Below, piece after piece: positions 25,246-37,950 of a stretch of DNA of 64,000 bases. This DNA comes from Octopus sinensis (lineage: Eukaryota). Every line of letters begins with the position of its first letter. The stretch's first letter is position 1. The notes below the pieces were generated by a model. That model was not told the DNA's origin. It saw only the letters and a list, made by a program, of their open reading frames with translations, and made no database searches. The position numbers were made by a program, and so were the translations under genes. Location: the NCBI RefSeq assembly GCF_006345805.1, contig NW_021833053.1, positions 22,921-86,920 on the forward strand, read 5' to 3'.

Positions 25246-28064
25246 AGTTGCCAAGCACACCACCATGAAACAAGTAGTACTGGTTTACATGATTACAATT
25301 AGTAGCTGTTGTCTCGTTATCTGACCTGACACCATTTGTTACTGTATAGCTGTGAAACATGGAGAGAAAAGGTATGAGCTAAGTATAGTTGATTGAATCA
25401 GCAAAGCTAATTTGTAACAATGGTTGAACACAGGTGAATTTAAAGAGCAAATGGACATTAAAGATATTCACACATGTATGCAGGTTGTGAAAATGTAAAA
25501 GCACTGGTGTAAGACCTGGAGAAAGTTCTTAAAATAGATTCACTTATTTTGGATATAGAAGCAAGATGTGCATTACAAGTTATATTGATTTATAAACCAT
25601 CCTGTTTCATGTCGGCATGAAAAACAGGATGTTAGAGTAATTTTCTTATATAGGCACAAATTTTGACATTTTGGAGAGTGGGGTGGAGTATTTTGATGTT
25701 GAAGGGATGACAAAAGCAATAATAAAATTTATAGATTTGTCTCTCATCAGCTCAGTCATTGCTGATATTAAACAAACTTTGGTCCTTTGGATTTGTTTGA
25801 TATGTAGAAGGATTGATTTTGAGATGTATAAGGGGATATTTTTAATAAAATAAAAAACTTTTTTTATGACTCAGTTGGAGGGAGAAGGGCAGCTCCCATG
25901 ATACTTTGCTCGGCCTCAGATTCTGGTGGGAGTAAGTTATCCTCAGTCTGGAGCATTTGACTAAAATTATTTTAACAGACTGTATTTTGCTAATGGCACC
26001 AGGGGGCCAAATTGTGAAAGTCAAACCTGCCTTTAATAGGTCAGAAAAATAAACGTTTGTTGATAGTATTAAACCTTCCTCAGGCAGTCAGTTTTCACAA
26101 GATCACAGTCCTTTGATTTTCTTTTGTGTTAAATTTCCCAAGATCTGATTCTGAGACAAAATCCTCATAATCATCTAGTGTCCATGTTCCATACTGGCGT
26201 CGGTTGGGCAGTTTTACAAGATCAGATGTGTCCAAGGATTACATTGGCATGGTTTCTACAGCTGGATGCCCTTCCTCCAACCACTGTACACTGTGTACTG
26301 GGTGCTTTTTTTTTCATGCACCAATACATGAAAAGGTTGCTATGCAGTTCACAAGAGTACAAACCCCAAGGGAGGTTAGGGTCAGCCTTATGCTGGGGGT
26401 TGAGGAGATACAGTGTGAGAGAGGTTTATGTAGAGCTGCATGGTTACTCACATTTAGTAAGAGAAGGAAAGAATGGTCAGTAGGAGTTGTGAAGAAACAG
26501 ATATTAGAGATGGAGTATCTAGGTGGCCCCTCAATTAGAAGTAGATGGGTGGGATGGGTTGCAGTTGGTGCTATATTGTATAGGGAACAAGAGATGCGGG
26601 AATGGGGGTGGGGACAACCTGCAACTGTAAAAAGATTGGGGAATGTTTTATTATTCAGAAAAGATCAGAATAATACTAAAACATGTCCAGAGTTATTCTC
26701 CATGGCTGGAAGTGAAAGGAAAGATGTTAGTATGTTGTGAAATTAAATGGAGAGGGAATAACTCCTAGATGAATGAGGTGGTTATTTAACCCCAGGCAAG
26801 CACTGTATGAACATATCCTATGATCATAGACACTCCAGCAATGGCCAGTCTGTCTTTATTTTAAGCAGTTCAACCTATATTGTCTTTTTTTTAAGATAGT
26901 AGACTGATTTGAGGGGAATTTGATTGCTACTTCTTGCAGTTTAAGTAACCCCAGCTGTGACTTTGTCTCCCTGCTACCATATTATTCATTATTATCCTTT
27001 TCTTTTTTTAAACAGTACTGTTTGATTTGACTGTATTTACAGATATTTTTGTGTCTTTCCTTTTTTAAGACAACAGTGTGTAATATTAGATATTTGGCTG
27101 CTGTTTCCAACATGTTAAAGATTCCTTTTTTTTTTTTTTTTTTAGAGCGATTCAGCTGTTATTTATAGTGTGTGATTTGAGGAATATTTGCCCCTCCTCC
27201 ACTTTCTCAGATACCTTTACTACCTCCTCCTCTTACTCTGCCTCCGCTACTGGCCTCCTTTCTGCACCTTCTCTCCTCACTCTCTGTTGCTATCCATCAT
27301 CAACTTCTCACTTATATGCCATCACCCTCAGCGCCTTCACATACCTACTGCAATCCCTGCCCCCCCCTCCTCGAGCCTTTCCTATATTTCTCTCCATCAT
27401 TTGCTACAGTCACCTCTTCCCGTCCACTCAGCCAGCCTAAGCCCCTATATCACCTCACCTATTCTCACCACTCCCAATATGTTCCTTGAGGGCATGTCCT
27501 TACACATCCCTGCCATCATCTCTCTCACTAGCATTCCCTTTATCTTACTCTCTTAACTCGCTCTCCTTTGTTTTCCAACTGGCACAAAGCCACACTCCTT
27601 CAGTTCTGCTCACCTCCCGCATCCCATTTGAAGGGTTCTTACAAGATAGTTGGTGATCCTGTCAGTGCTGGTGCCAAGTAAAAAGCATCATTCGAGTGTT
27701 GGGCTTCACAGAGGTAATGACAAATGACCAAGACCCTTAACGATTTGCCATGCTTGAGAAGATCCATCAAGCCAAGTGAAATTGTAGTCATGGCAGATAC
27801 TGGTGTCCCACAACTGGCACCTGTATTGGTGATATGTAAAAAACACCAATGCTGGTGCCTCGTAAAAAAGCACCATTAAGAAGGGCACCCAGCCATAGAA
27901 ACCAAGCCAAAACAGACTCTGGAACCTGGCGCAGCACCTGGCCTTACCAGCTCCTGTCCACCCATGCCAGCATGGAAAATAGACATTAAATGATGGTGAT
28001 GATGATATTTGCATTGTGTGAACAACAGCATTGTTAGTTATTAAATTTTCGACAAGGGCAAGCA

Positions 28065-28430
28065 TGGCTGTTGGAGTTGAGAAGTTTGCTTTCCAACCAC
28101 ATGGTTTCAGGTTCAGTCCCACTGCATGGCACCTTGGGCAAGCCTCTTGTACTATATCTCCAGGCCAACCAAAACTTTGTGAATGGATTTGATAGATCAA
28201 AACTGAAAGAGGCCCATCATATGTGTGTGTATATATGTGCGTGTGTCTGTGTTTGTCACCCATCACCACTTGACAACCAAAGTGGGTGTGTTTACATTGC
28301 TGTAACTTAGCTGTTTAGCATAAGAGACCGATAGAATAAGTACTGGACTTTAAAAAGTAAGTACTGGGGTCAATTTGTTCAAGTAAACCTTTCAGTGCAG
28401 TGCCCCAGCATGGGCTGCATTCCCAGTGGT
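28065..28430 (+). mobile_element. tRNA-derived SINE family A (another copy at ~28693-28990)
   Basis: ...CCAACCACATGGTTTCAGGTTCAGTCCCACTGC...; homologous to 37951-38345. Confidence 0.7.
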
Positions 28431-30170
28431 AAGAGAGAGACAAGCAAGTATCATTGTAACTTTAGCAGAATCAATACTTTGAGCTATTTTTGTTTGAAAA
28501 ACACCAGTTTGCTGCCGTTCTTGCTGATATGTGTGTGCGTATATCTTTCATATGCTGTTTCTTGCCAGTCAAGTGACTGTACCACAGCCCTTTTGTGAAG
28601 CTATTGTCTGTCTATGGGCTTTGCTGAAGTCAAGTGTATGAGTTTGTTTATGTGTGACTGGAGAACAAATTTCCAGTGGTTCTGGAAATGGAGGCATGGC
28701 TGTGTGATAAGAAGTTTGCTTCCAACTACATGGTTCCAGGTTCAGTTCCACTGCTTGGCACTTTGGGCATGTGCCTTCTACGGTAGCCAAGGTTGATCAA
28801 AGCCTTGTCAGTAGGTTTGGTAGATGGAAACTGAAAGAAGCCCGTTGTGTGTGTGCGTTATTGTCTCTTTGTCTTGACATCATGTGGTAGTTGTAAATGA
28901 GTCCCCATCATGCAAATAATGTCCCTTGTTTCCAATCTCCCTTGACTGGTCTTGGCAAAATATTAAGATTACATTACTTGGAAACAACATATGAAGGTGG
29001 GTAACAAGAAGAGCATTCAGCCTTAGAAAATAAACCCCTACAAAATTCCATGCAAGCTAAGCATGGAAAAATGGATGTGAAATCAATGATGATGATGATA
29101 ATTGCATCATTATACACTTTTTCCTTATTTGACAATTTGGCTCATACTGATGATGCAGGCCATCACTAATAATTCTCCTGTCATTGTTTAAGATTTTGCT
29201 TTCACCTTTGATTCCTGTACAAAACTTTACACATCTCCAAAATGTTATTCCTTCAGCAGTTAATCTTGAGCCATGTGACAAATTGAAAATGAATGTATTT
29301 AATCTTATCCTGGTCCCATCAGACTTTCTTAATCCTTGCTCTTCACACTCTCTAATCCTTCCTCTCCACTTATGGTATTTTTTTTTTTTTTTTTACTCCA
29401 CCGTTGCCCAATTCTCTCCTTTATTGTGGTTTACTTCTCTCTTTTCTGGGTTTTAGTTACTGAATCCCTGTGCTCTTTTTTTTCAATTTGGTACTTATAT
29501 TATTGGTGTGTATTTGTTGAATCATAAATCACATGATGTAAAAGAACACTGCAATAAACATCCATGCTGGGCGAGACTTCTGAATGGCCTTCCTGGCGTC
29601 TCTTTCTCTGCTAAAGTGTTGAAGTTATATTGGTAATTCCTGACATGTCAATCACAAATAACATCTGTATTTGAAGTGATGTCCAATAATTCTTTGAGTC
29701 AGTATTCAACATGTGAAGACCTTTCAAGCATATGTTGCCATTCCAGCTTTAGTTGGGTAGATATATGATTAAAGACATTCCATCCTTGGCCAGCTCTCTT
29801 TAACTTTTTATGCATAGTCCTGCCAAAACAGTCACAGATGTCTGGTGCAGGCTTTGGCCAAGCCAGCCCTTGTGGTACTGTTCCACCCATGCTAGTATGG
29901 AACACAGGCATTAAATGATGATGATACACACACACATTTTCCATTTACCAAATTAAACTATTGTTCGACTCCGGAGTAATAGAAGAAGCACTTGCGCAAA
30001 GTGCTGCACGGTGAAAGTGAACTCAAAACCACACACCCATGACTAACATTTTATTTCCACTCCAATCCTGTGCTTATTGAGGGCCATCACAAGCTAATCA
30101 TCATTTCTAATATTGTTCATCCTGAGAAAAAGTTCATTTATTGGAATCATTTCTCTTTTTGTCTTTCTAG

Positions 30171-30251
30171 AACGAGCTAACCGGAAACAGCTATTAGAGC
30201 AATTAGAAGAGAAAAAGAAGCTACTTCGTATGCAGGCTCAACATAACCAAG

Positions 30252-30300
<49 letters not shown>

Positions 30301-30312
30301 CAGCAGCAGCAA
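30171..30312 (+). CDS. INIP: INIP coding exon 2 (ERANRKQLLEQLEEKKKLLRMQAQHNQG + 19 Ser)
   Basis: Acceptor TTTTTGTCTTTCTAG, donor AA|GTAAGT; AGC/AGT repeat 30254-30310. Confidence 0.9.
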
Positions 30313-31260
30313 GTAAGTAATTACCATCTCATCACTTCTTTTAAATCTATCGACTAATTAAGGATTATCTGGTATTTAAGTGCATATATATATATGCATT
30401 TTTGTACTTAACAAGAAAAGGAAAAAAGACAAAATTTGTTACTCAGTCAGACTAGTTACTGTTTAATTAAACCTAATTAGTAAAGGTCCTAATCTATTAT
30501 ATCTATACTTCATAGTTGTACTTGTTTCAAAAATGATTTGATCTGCGGTTGTGCGTTAAAACTTAAAGTATATCTTATGCAAGAATCATGCAAATCATTT
30601 AAGTTTAGAAATGCTTCATCAGATTGATGAAGGCTGAACCTTCAAAGTCATTGCCACACTCTTATAAAAGTATAAAGGAGATGTGCTCTACAAAAACTAT
30701 TCAATAACTCTCAGTAATTCTTTAGTTTCATGTAAAATTGTTTTATTATTATAGGTCAGCATGTAATTGACTATCCAACTATAAAATTTCAGGCCTTGTG
30801 CCTTTAGTAGAAAAGATTTTGTTATGTTTGCTCACTATTTATTTCCCAACGACAACTTATAGCGGACGCCACCAAAGAGGATCAATATTATCGTTAAAGG
30901 CATCAAATTGCTGTGATCCTTTACATGATAACTGAAGAGGATTTGGCGACATTCTGTGTTTGTGTTGTCCATGTTTGTGCTTATATATTATGCGTGTATC
31001 CCCTACTTCTTCGCTCTCCTGTGTGACCCTTGTTTCTTTCTGCGTTCCTTTCTGTGGAAGAGCATAAAAGACTTTTTCACTTCCTGAGCGTTATACTAAT
31101 ACATCTGTTTGCTTTCTACACCACCTGTCTTCGTTTTTTGGGGTTTTTTCGTGAATTCTCCCCTACATATATATATAAATATATATGCACACACACACAC
31201 ACATGTATATATATATATATACACACACACACACATGTAATATATATACACACACACATG

Positions 31261-31294
<34 letters not shown>

Positions 31295-31712
31295 TGTATA
31301 TATATATATATACACGCATGTATATATGTATGTAACATATTATGTTTATAAAGGGTGGGGATAGTTTCCTGGATGAAAACTGCAGCAGTTTGTCTTTCAG
31401 TAGTCAACATAGGTTAAGAATATAAAAAGATTTTAATCTAGAGCTGCTTTTATTGCATAATTTGAATGTGTGTGTATTTATCTTATAAAGTGACAACAAA
31501 ATTGGGTTTTTTGTTTCACTTTATAAGCAATGATCTCAAGAACTAAAACAGAAATGGATCATGCAGAATATGTGCTTGTACGGTATTTGTGGTTATGACT
31601 GTTCCATAATGTTGGAGTTTAGTTACTGCTTCATTTACTCAGAGATACCTTATTTTTTCTAATATATAATACCTGTACATCATCTACAAACCTAATATAT
31701 ATATATATAGCA

Positions 31713-31759
31713 AAAACTGTCCGACGAATGGCAACGTGAAGCTCAGAGTAACAGGTTTT
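31713..31759 (+). ncRNA. Minimal type-I hammerhead-like motif, U4C core variant
   Basis: AAAACTGT-CCGACGA-ATG-GCAA-CGT-GAAG-C-TCAGA-GTA-ACAGGTTTT; stem I CTGT/ACAG, GUA triplet; AATAAA at 31781. Confidence 0.55.
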
Positions 31760-31800
31760 GTTGAATTTTCTGCTGCTTTAAATAAAGTATATATATATAT

Positions 31801-32788
31801 GTGACCAAGTTAGTAGTGGAGGTGGATGCTCAGAGAGTATCACCACTAGAATACGAATAGCCTGGGCAAAGTTTAGAAAGCTCCTACCCCTACTGGCGAC
31901 AAAGAGTCTCTTGCTCAGAGTGAAAGGTAGATTGTATGATGCATGTGTGCGAACTGCCATGCTTCACGGTAGTGAAACATGGGCTGTGACTGCAGAGGAC
32001 ATGCGTAGACTTGAAAGAAATGAAGCTAACATGATCCGCTGGATGTGTAATGTCAGTGTGCACGCACGACAGTGTAAGCACCCTGAGAGAAATGCTGGAC
32101 ATAAGAAGCATCAGATGTGGTGTGCAAGAGCGACGCTTGCGATGGTATGGTCATGTACTGTGGATGGATGAGGAGAGATGTGTGAAGAAATGCCGCTCCC
32201 AAACAATTGAAGGTATCGGGGAGAGGTAGACACAGGAAGACATGGGATGAGGTAATCAAGCATGACCTTAGAGCATTGGGCCTCACAGAGGCAATGACGA
32301 AAGACCGAGATCTCTGGAGATATGCTGTGACTGCAAAGACCCGGGCTGCTTCCTGCACCAGTTCCGCATAGCCCCTGTCCGTTCAAAGTACCTTGGATTT
32401 CAGAACAACCCGCTGTGCTTGAGGAGACCTATTGAGTCAAGTACACCAACATCAAAATAAATATCAATGGAAATAGTAGTTGTGATACCTGTGCCAGTGG
32501 CACGTAAAAAGCACCATCCGAACGTGGCCGATGCCAGCGCCGCCTTGACTGGCTTCCGTGCCGGTGGCATGTTAAAAGCACCAACCGATTGTGGCCGCTG
32601 CCAGACTCACCTGGCACATAAAAAGCACCCCCTACACTCACGGAGTGGTTGGCGTTAGGAAGGGCATCCAGCTGTAGAAACACTGCCAGATCAGACTGGA
32701 GCCTGGTGCAGCCTCCTGGCTTCCCAGACCCCGGTCGAACCGTCCAACCTGTGCTAGCGCGGAAATCGGACGTTAAACGATGATGATG
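31801..32788 (+). mobile_element. RTE-clade LINE 3' portion with complete 3' UTR/tail
   Basis: LRVKGRLYDACVRTAMLHGSETW coding fragment continuous with repeat C, ending GTTAAACGATGATGATG. Confidence 0.9.
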
Positions 32789-34812
32789 TGTGTGTTTGTG
32801 TATTTATATATAAATGGGTGTGTGGTTGTTTAGCCGCAGATCAGACATGGCCAGATAGACGTATGTCCAAAGGTATTGAAACTGTGAGTGTACCATCTTA
32901 TATCATGGAGGACTACATTATCCAATTTTAAGATGGATTTATTATATGTAGATCAACATAAAGAAAAGGTGAAAAGATCAAGGGAAAACTAACAAATCCC
33001 TACAGCTGCTGTGGCAGAAAAAAGATTAAAGAATTATTCCCAGCTGAATGGACAGCGTATCGCATCTACTTCTATGGTTGCAACTGTTACTATTTCGCTC
33101 TCGTCCAGTTACTGCAGTATTTAGTGTATGTCCTACACTAGCAAGGGTGTAATTTGAAATTTTGGTTGTTATTTCTAACATAGTACGACTAACGTAGATG
33201 CGCCTGTATTCTAGCGGTTAGTGAATTTATAACAAAGGACATAATTGTTGCGCGTTACTTCGTGTTTCAAATTTTCCTTTATATAAGCTAGTGTAATGTT
33301 AAATGGCTATTAGGGCGATCGGGTGGAAGTAGTCCTGACAGTAATGTACACTGTAATGAGGGGAAGTAACTTTTGCAAGTTTCCTCAGATTTATTAATTT
33401 CTGTTTTATCTAATATGGAGGTAATTTGAAATTTGATTGCTATTTCTAGCTAATAGAGCGACCACGTAGAAACGCCGTGTAAACTCTAACAAGGGCAACA
33501 ACTCTTGGAAGTTATTAATTCTGAAGACTATTTCCTCTATTAGCTTCGGTTGGCCCTCAATTTCCTGATGTTTTTGCTAATAACATCAATGTAGTTGATT
33601 GACCTTCTTCCTTTATTAGGGTGCAGATGTGTCCAAAATATAGCATTGACCAGAGAAGCCTTCTCTGTGTTGAGAAACAGAAATATCATAGAAATGAAAT
33701 TGTAGGGAAAAAAACTTCCGTTTTCAACCTATAAATGGACTATGGATTGAACATCTATGCAGTCGCTTGATCTGCAAAAATCGCAACCAAATTCTCCCGA
33801 ATCGTAGGGAGAATACATTAGACCAGCGTTTTCCAACATATTCCCCCAGACCTCGCTATAGCTTTCTAGAAAAATGAATGCCCCACCAGTAATTAATAAA
33901 AAATAACTTTATTTTAAATATTTTATCACAATTCGATTCCAGCATGGAAGACATGCTAAATGATGATGATGACTAAAGAATCTACTGGTAACTCTTTTAA
34001 GTACTGAATACAAAAAAGAAAAGTATATTATTGACTAAGACAAAAGGCATACATCACTTTAACGAGAGCCTTGTACCTGGTGACTACGGCAGATTTCATT
34101 AGCTTCAGCTGTAAATCACCATTTTTTATAATTTCAAGTCTGCTTTCAACCAAATAAAAGACATGGGGAAATGAGACAGTATTTGGTATTTCTTTTCAAC
34201 TTCATCACATAGTCACATCTCGGTACCTTTCATTTCGAGCAAAGTATTCACTGGTTCATCACGTTGCAATTCTGATAGCTTATTTTGAAACTGCATTGGA
34301 ACTTCAGAGATTTATACAAGCAGTGGTTGACTTAACCAAGAGGCTGTGGAAAAAGGATTTTCACAACTCCAGGTCCCACAGAAAAAAAAACTTTGGATCC
34401 CACACCCCATCACAAGTTTGTCAGGTCCCACTAATATAGTGATTCCCCACATTAGGAATTGCTATATAAGATAAATGAAAATGTAGTCCTATATGCATTA
34501 TGCATCAAGAAAGGCTGGGATAGCCATAGTTTCAAGGTCTTTCATCTAAAGTTTGCCAGATTAGGGCTAACCTGGAGTTGAACAATAAATACTCTAATAT
34601 AATAACTAGAAAACTTGAGTTGTAATTTGGTTATATCCCAGTATAGTTACATGTATTAATTGTGCACTTTGAATATTAGTTGTATCTATATTATTTAATC
34701 TTTGAACTAACTCTACACTGCTTCTTACTTGATAATTTTGCTTTCCAAATTGAATTCTTGAAATCTGTTACCTGGGTTTTCCCCACCGTTTCATCTTTAT
34801 TGTCTCCTTCAG

Positions 34813-35011
34813 TTCGTGTAATCCAGGAAGCACACTAACCATACCATCAGCACCCAGTACTCCAACAAACAATGGAAATGCTTCCACCAGCATACTACCT
34901 CCAGTTGTCAGTCCCACCATGCCTCCTACCCCAGTAAGCGTCTCCAGTGTGCCTGGAAGTGTTGGTCGGGAAGTCAATCGTGTCGTTGTGAACCCTTTAA
35001 CAGCTTCTTCG
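34813..35011 (+). CDS. INIP: INIP coding exon 3 (Ser/Thr/Pro-rich, ~66 aa)
   Basis: Acceptor TTGTCTCCTTCAG, open in the required phase (AA|T), donor TCG|GTCAGT giving phase 0; an alternative in-frame donor lies at 34934. Confidence 0.75.
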
Positions 35012-35789
35012 GTCAGTATATTCCTCAACATTTATGTAATTCATATATTTACAAATTTCACTGGTCTTAGTATTTTATGCTTTTTCACTTGATATAACTG
35101 CAGAAAACGCATCCTAGGTTCCTCCCTCCACTCCTCTCCTTACCAACTCATTCACTATATAACTCCTTAATTCACTCTACTGCTCCCTAATTCATTGCTC
35201 TTCTACATTCTTCTATATATCTTGCCCACCTCTCATTCACTATTTCTATTCCTTTGTTTACTACCCCTATCTCTTCATTCACTATTACTACCCCACATTC
35301 AGTAACTCTATCTGCATTCACCAACTTTGCCCCTGTTCTCTACCCTTCATTTACTATCCATTCACTACCTCTACACTTCATTCATTTTATCTCTGTATTC
35401 ATTCACTATATTATACCCCTTATTTATTTTACTCCATCTATATCTATTCCTTCACTATCTGTTCACTGTTTCCACTCCATGTGTATCCCCTATTCACTTC
35501 CTCTACCCCTCACTCATTCCCCTTCTTTTATTCTCCCTCTTTTTCTCCATACTTCTTTATGCACCTTCTCTTTCTTCATAGACTTACCCATCTTATATAT
35601 GATAGAACTCACAGCTGTAAGTAGAGGGCACGTTTTGTTATTCTTAAGAATCATTAGCTTTTGTGCAAAGTTCAAATTCTCTTTATGCTCTTGGAAAAGT
35701 CAACAAAAAAATAGTCCAGTGTCTACATTCAGGGTGTGGTACTTCCTCGAATGTAGAATTAACATTTACACCTAGCAGAGGGCATATTG

Positions 35790-35812
35790 CAATGTGTATG
35801 TGTATGCATGTA

Positions 35813-35872
<60 letters not shown>

Positions 35873-36024
35873 CATATTTATTTATATATATATATATACA
35901 TACATACATATTTATTTATATATATATATATATACATACATACATATTATTTATTTATTATATATATATATACATACATACATATTTATTTATTTATATA
36001 TATATATATATACATACATACATA

Positions 36025-36056
<32 letters not shown>

Positions 36057-36082
36057 CATACATACATATATATTTATTTATT

Positions 36083-36118
<36 letters not shown>

Positions 36119-36162
36119 ATATTTATTTATATAATATATATATATATACACACATACATACA

Positions 36163-36203
<41 letters not shown>

Positions 36204-36254
36204 ATACATATTTATTTATATATATATATATATATACATACATACATATTTATT
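35790..36254. repeat. Compound microsatellite (TG/TA/TACA/TATT)
   Basis: Seen directly; source of spurious YIYI ORFs. Confidence 0.95.
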
Positions 36255-36574
36255 TACTAGCAGTATCGCCCGGCGTTGCTCAGGTTTGTAAGGGAAATAA
36301 CTATAAAGCATTTTTAGAGAGTTATAGCCAAAAAATAGCAAAAAAATGGAAAAAAATTATGGTAAATTTTTTTTTGAGATTTAAAAAAGGTGGAGTTGCG
36401 TCCCCTAGACAGTTTGTGGTTCGTGTTTCCGATTCTCGACCCCATGTCGAATTTATCGATTTTTTTTAGAACTGGGGGAACTTTTCGGTTGAAAGCCGTG
36501 GTCAGGGTGAGGGTACAAGCAAACAGACACACAGAAACACGCACAGACAAACTGCCGTTTATATAGAGAGAGAT
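36255..36574 (+). mobile_element. Helentron/DINE-1-like non-autonomous element
   Basis: TACTAG start, subterminal CCCGGCGTTGCTCAGG hairpin-like motif, 3' (CAGA/CA)n then TTTATATAGAGAGAGAT; same architecture at 53401-53786. Confidence 0.5.
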
Positions 36575-36601
36575 TTATTTATATATATATATACACATAC
36601 A

Positions 36602-37866
36602 GACATTTTGAGAGCTTTGGGAGAGGGCTCCGACACCGATGTCATCTACCTTGATTTCAGTAAGGCCTTCGACAGGGTCGATCACAAGATCCTATTGAAA
36701 AAACTATCCAACATTGGTGTCTCTGGAAAGTTACTGAAATGGATCAAGTGTTTCCTGACAGACAGATCTCAACATGTTGTAGTTGAAGGGGTAAAATCAA
36801 GCCCAGCCAAAGTCTGTAGTGGCATTCCGCAAGGCACTGTGCTGGGCCCACTTCTTTTCATCATCTACATTGACATTAATGACATCATCAAGCACAGCAA
36901 CATAAAAATCTTTGCAGATGATTCCAAGCTACAGAGGGTCATAAATGAGGCGAGTAACCGGACATGCCTTCAGTCAGATCTACTGGCTGTTATCCAATGG
37001 GCAGAAAAAAACAATATGCTGCTGAACGAGGATGAATTTGAGTTAATCCACTTTGGAAAAGAGGATGCCCTGAAACTCCCATACTCCCTTCCTTCAGGTG
37101 AAACTCTCGCGGCGTCCAACAACATCAGAGACTTGGGAGTAATTGTGGACAACAACATAAGCTGGGCCACTCATATAAACACCAAAGTTGACATGGCCCG
37201 CAGAATGTGTTCCTGGATTCTCAGAACTTTCCAGTCGAGAGATATCCACACCATTATCCTTCTCTTCTCCACTTTTGCCCGACCCCACCTTGAATACTGT
37301 TGTCCACTGTGGTCTCCCCACACAATACAAGGTATCATAAAAGTTGAAGCACCTCAAAGGGCAATCACAAAAAAGATAGATGGCATGACAGGCCTCGACT
37401 ATTGGGGTCGACTAGAGAAGCTAAAACTCTATTCTCTCCAACATCGTCGTGAGCGCTACATCATCTGCATGATGTGGAAAATATTCCATCAGCATTGCCC
37501 AAATGATGTTGGTATGACCTTTAAGGTACATCCAAGGCTTGGGCCCCGTGCCATCCGCCCAAAACAAAAATCGCACTCTCATCTCATAACAACAATACGG
37601 CACAATTATTTCACCTCAATTGGCCCCGCTCTCTTTAACATTACACCAAAACACATTAAAACAGAAACTGACCCTATAGGGTTCAAGAAGTCTTTGGACA
37701 GATTCCTTCAAGAAATCTCGGATAAACCCCCTACACCCGGATATGTCTCTGTAAACAATAACTCTCTACTTGAGTGGGCCATAGTGCCCAAATTCTGACT
37801 TGAAAGACTTCACCAGGTGGTGTTATTAAGTTAGACATGGCCGAAACCTATCAAAGTATCAAAGTA
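36602..37866 (+). mobile_element. CR1/L2-group LINE, 5'-truncated, with 3' UTR and (ATCAAAGT)2 tail
   Basis: Uninterrupted 396-codon RT frame followed by short 3' UTR; microsatellites on both sides. Confidence 0.9.
36608..37798 (+). CDS. Reverse transcriptase (partial ORF2) of CR1-type LINE
   Basis: YLDFSKAFDRV, GIPQGTVLGPLLF, IFADDSKL, RPHLEYCCPLWSP; no true start codon. Confidence 0.85.
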   Translation: MRALGEGSDTDVIYLDFSKAFDRVDHKILLKKLSNIGVSGKLLKWIKCFLTDRSQHVVVEGVKSSPAKVCSGIPQGTVLGPLLFIIYIDINDIIKHSNIKIFADDSKLQRVINEASNRTCLQSDLLAVIQWAEKNNMLLNEDEFELIHFGKEDALKLPYSLPSGETLAASNNIRDLGVIVDNNISWATHINTKVDMARRMCSWILRTFQSRDIHTIILLFSTFARPHLEYCCPLWSPHTIQGIIKVEAPQRAITKKIDGMTGLDYWGRLEKLKLYSLQHRRERYIICMMWKIFHQHCPNDVGMTFKVHPRLGPRAIRPKQKSHSHLITTIRHNYFTSIGPALFNITPKHIKTETDPIGFKKSLDRFLQEISDKPPTPGYVSVNNNSLLEWAIVPKF

Positions 37867-37887
37867 TATATACATACATATATATAT

Positions 37888-37949
<62 letters not shown>

Positions 37950-37950
37950 A

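Noticed and set aside
30614-30654. Small fold-back CTTCATCA-GAT-TGATGAAG followed by GG..CCTTC-AAAGTC
   Set aside because: Could be a decayed hammerhead/pLTR but needs several assumed mutations; not supportable.
35663-36469. 268-aa and overlapping YIYI/IYIY ORFs (also 9083-9481, 31030-31410 and others)
   Set aside because: Translations of TA/TACA microsatellites, not genes.
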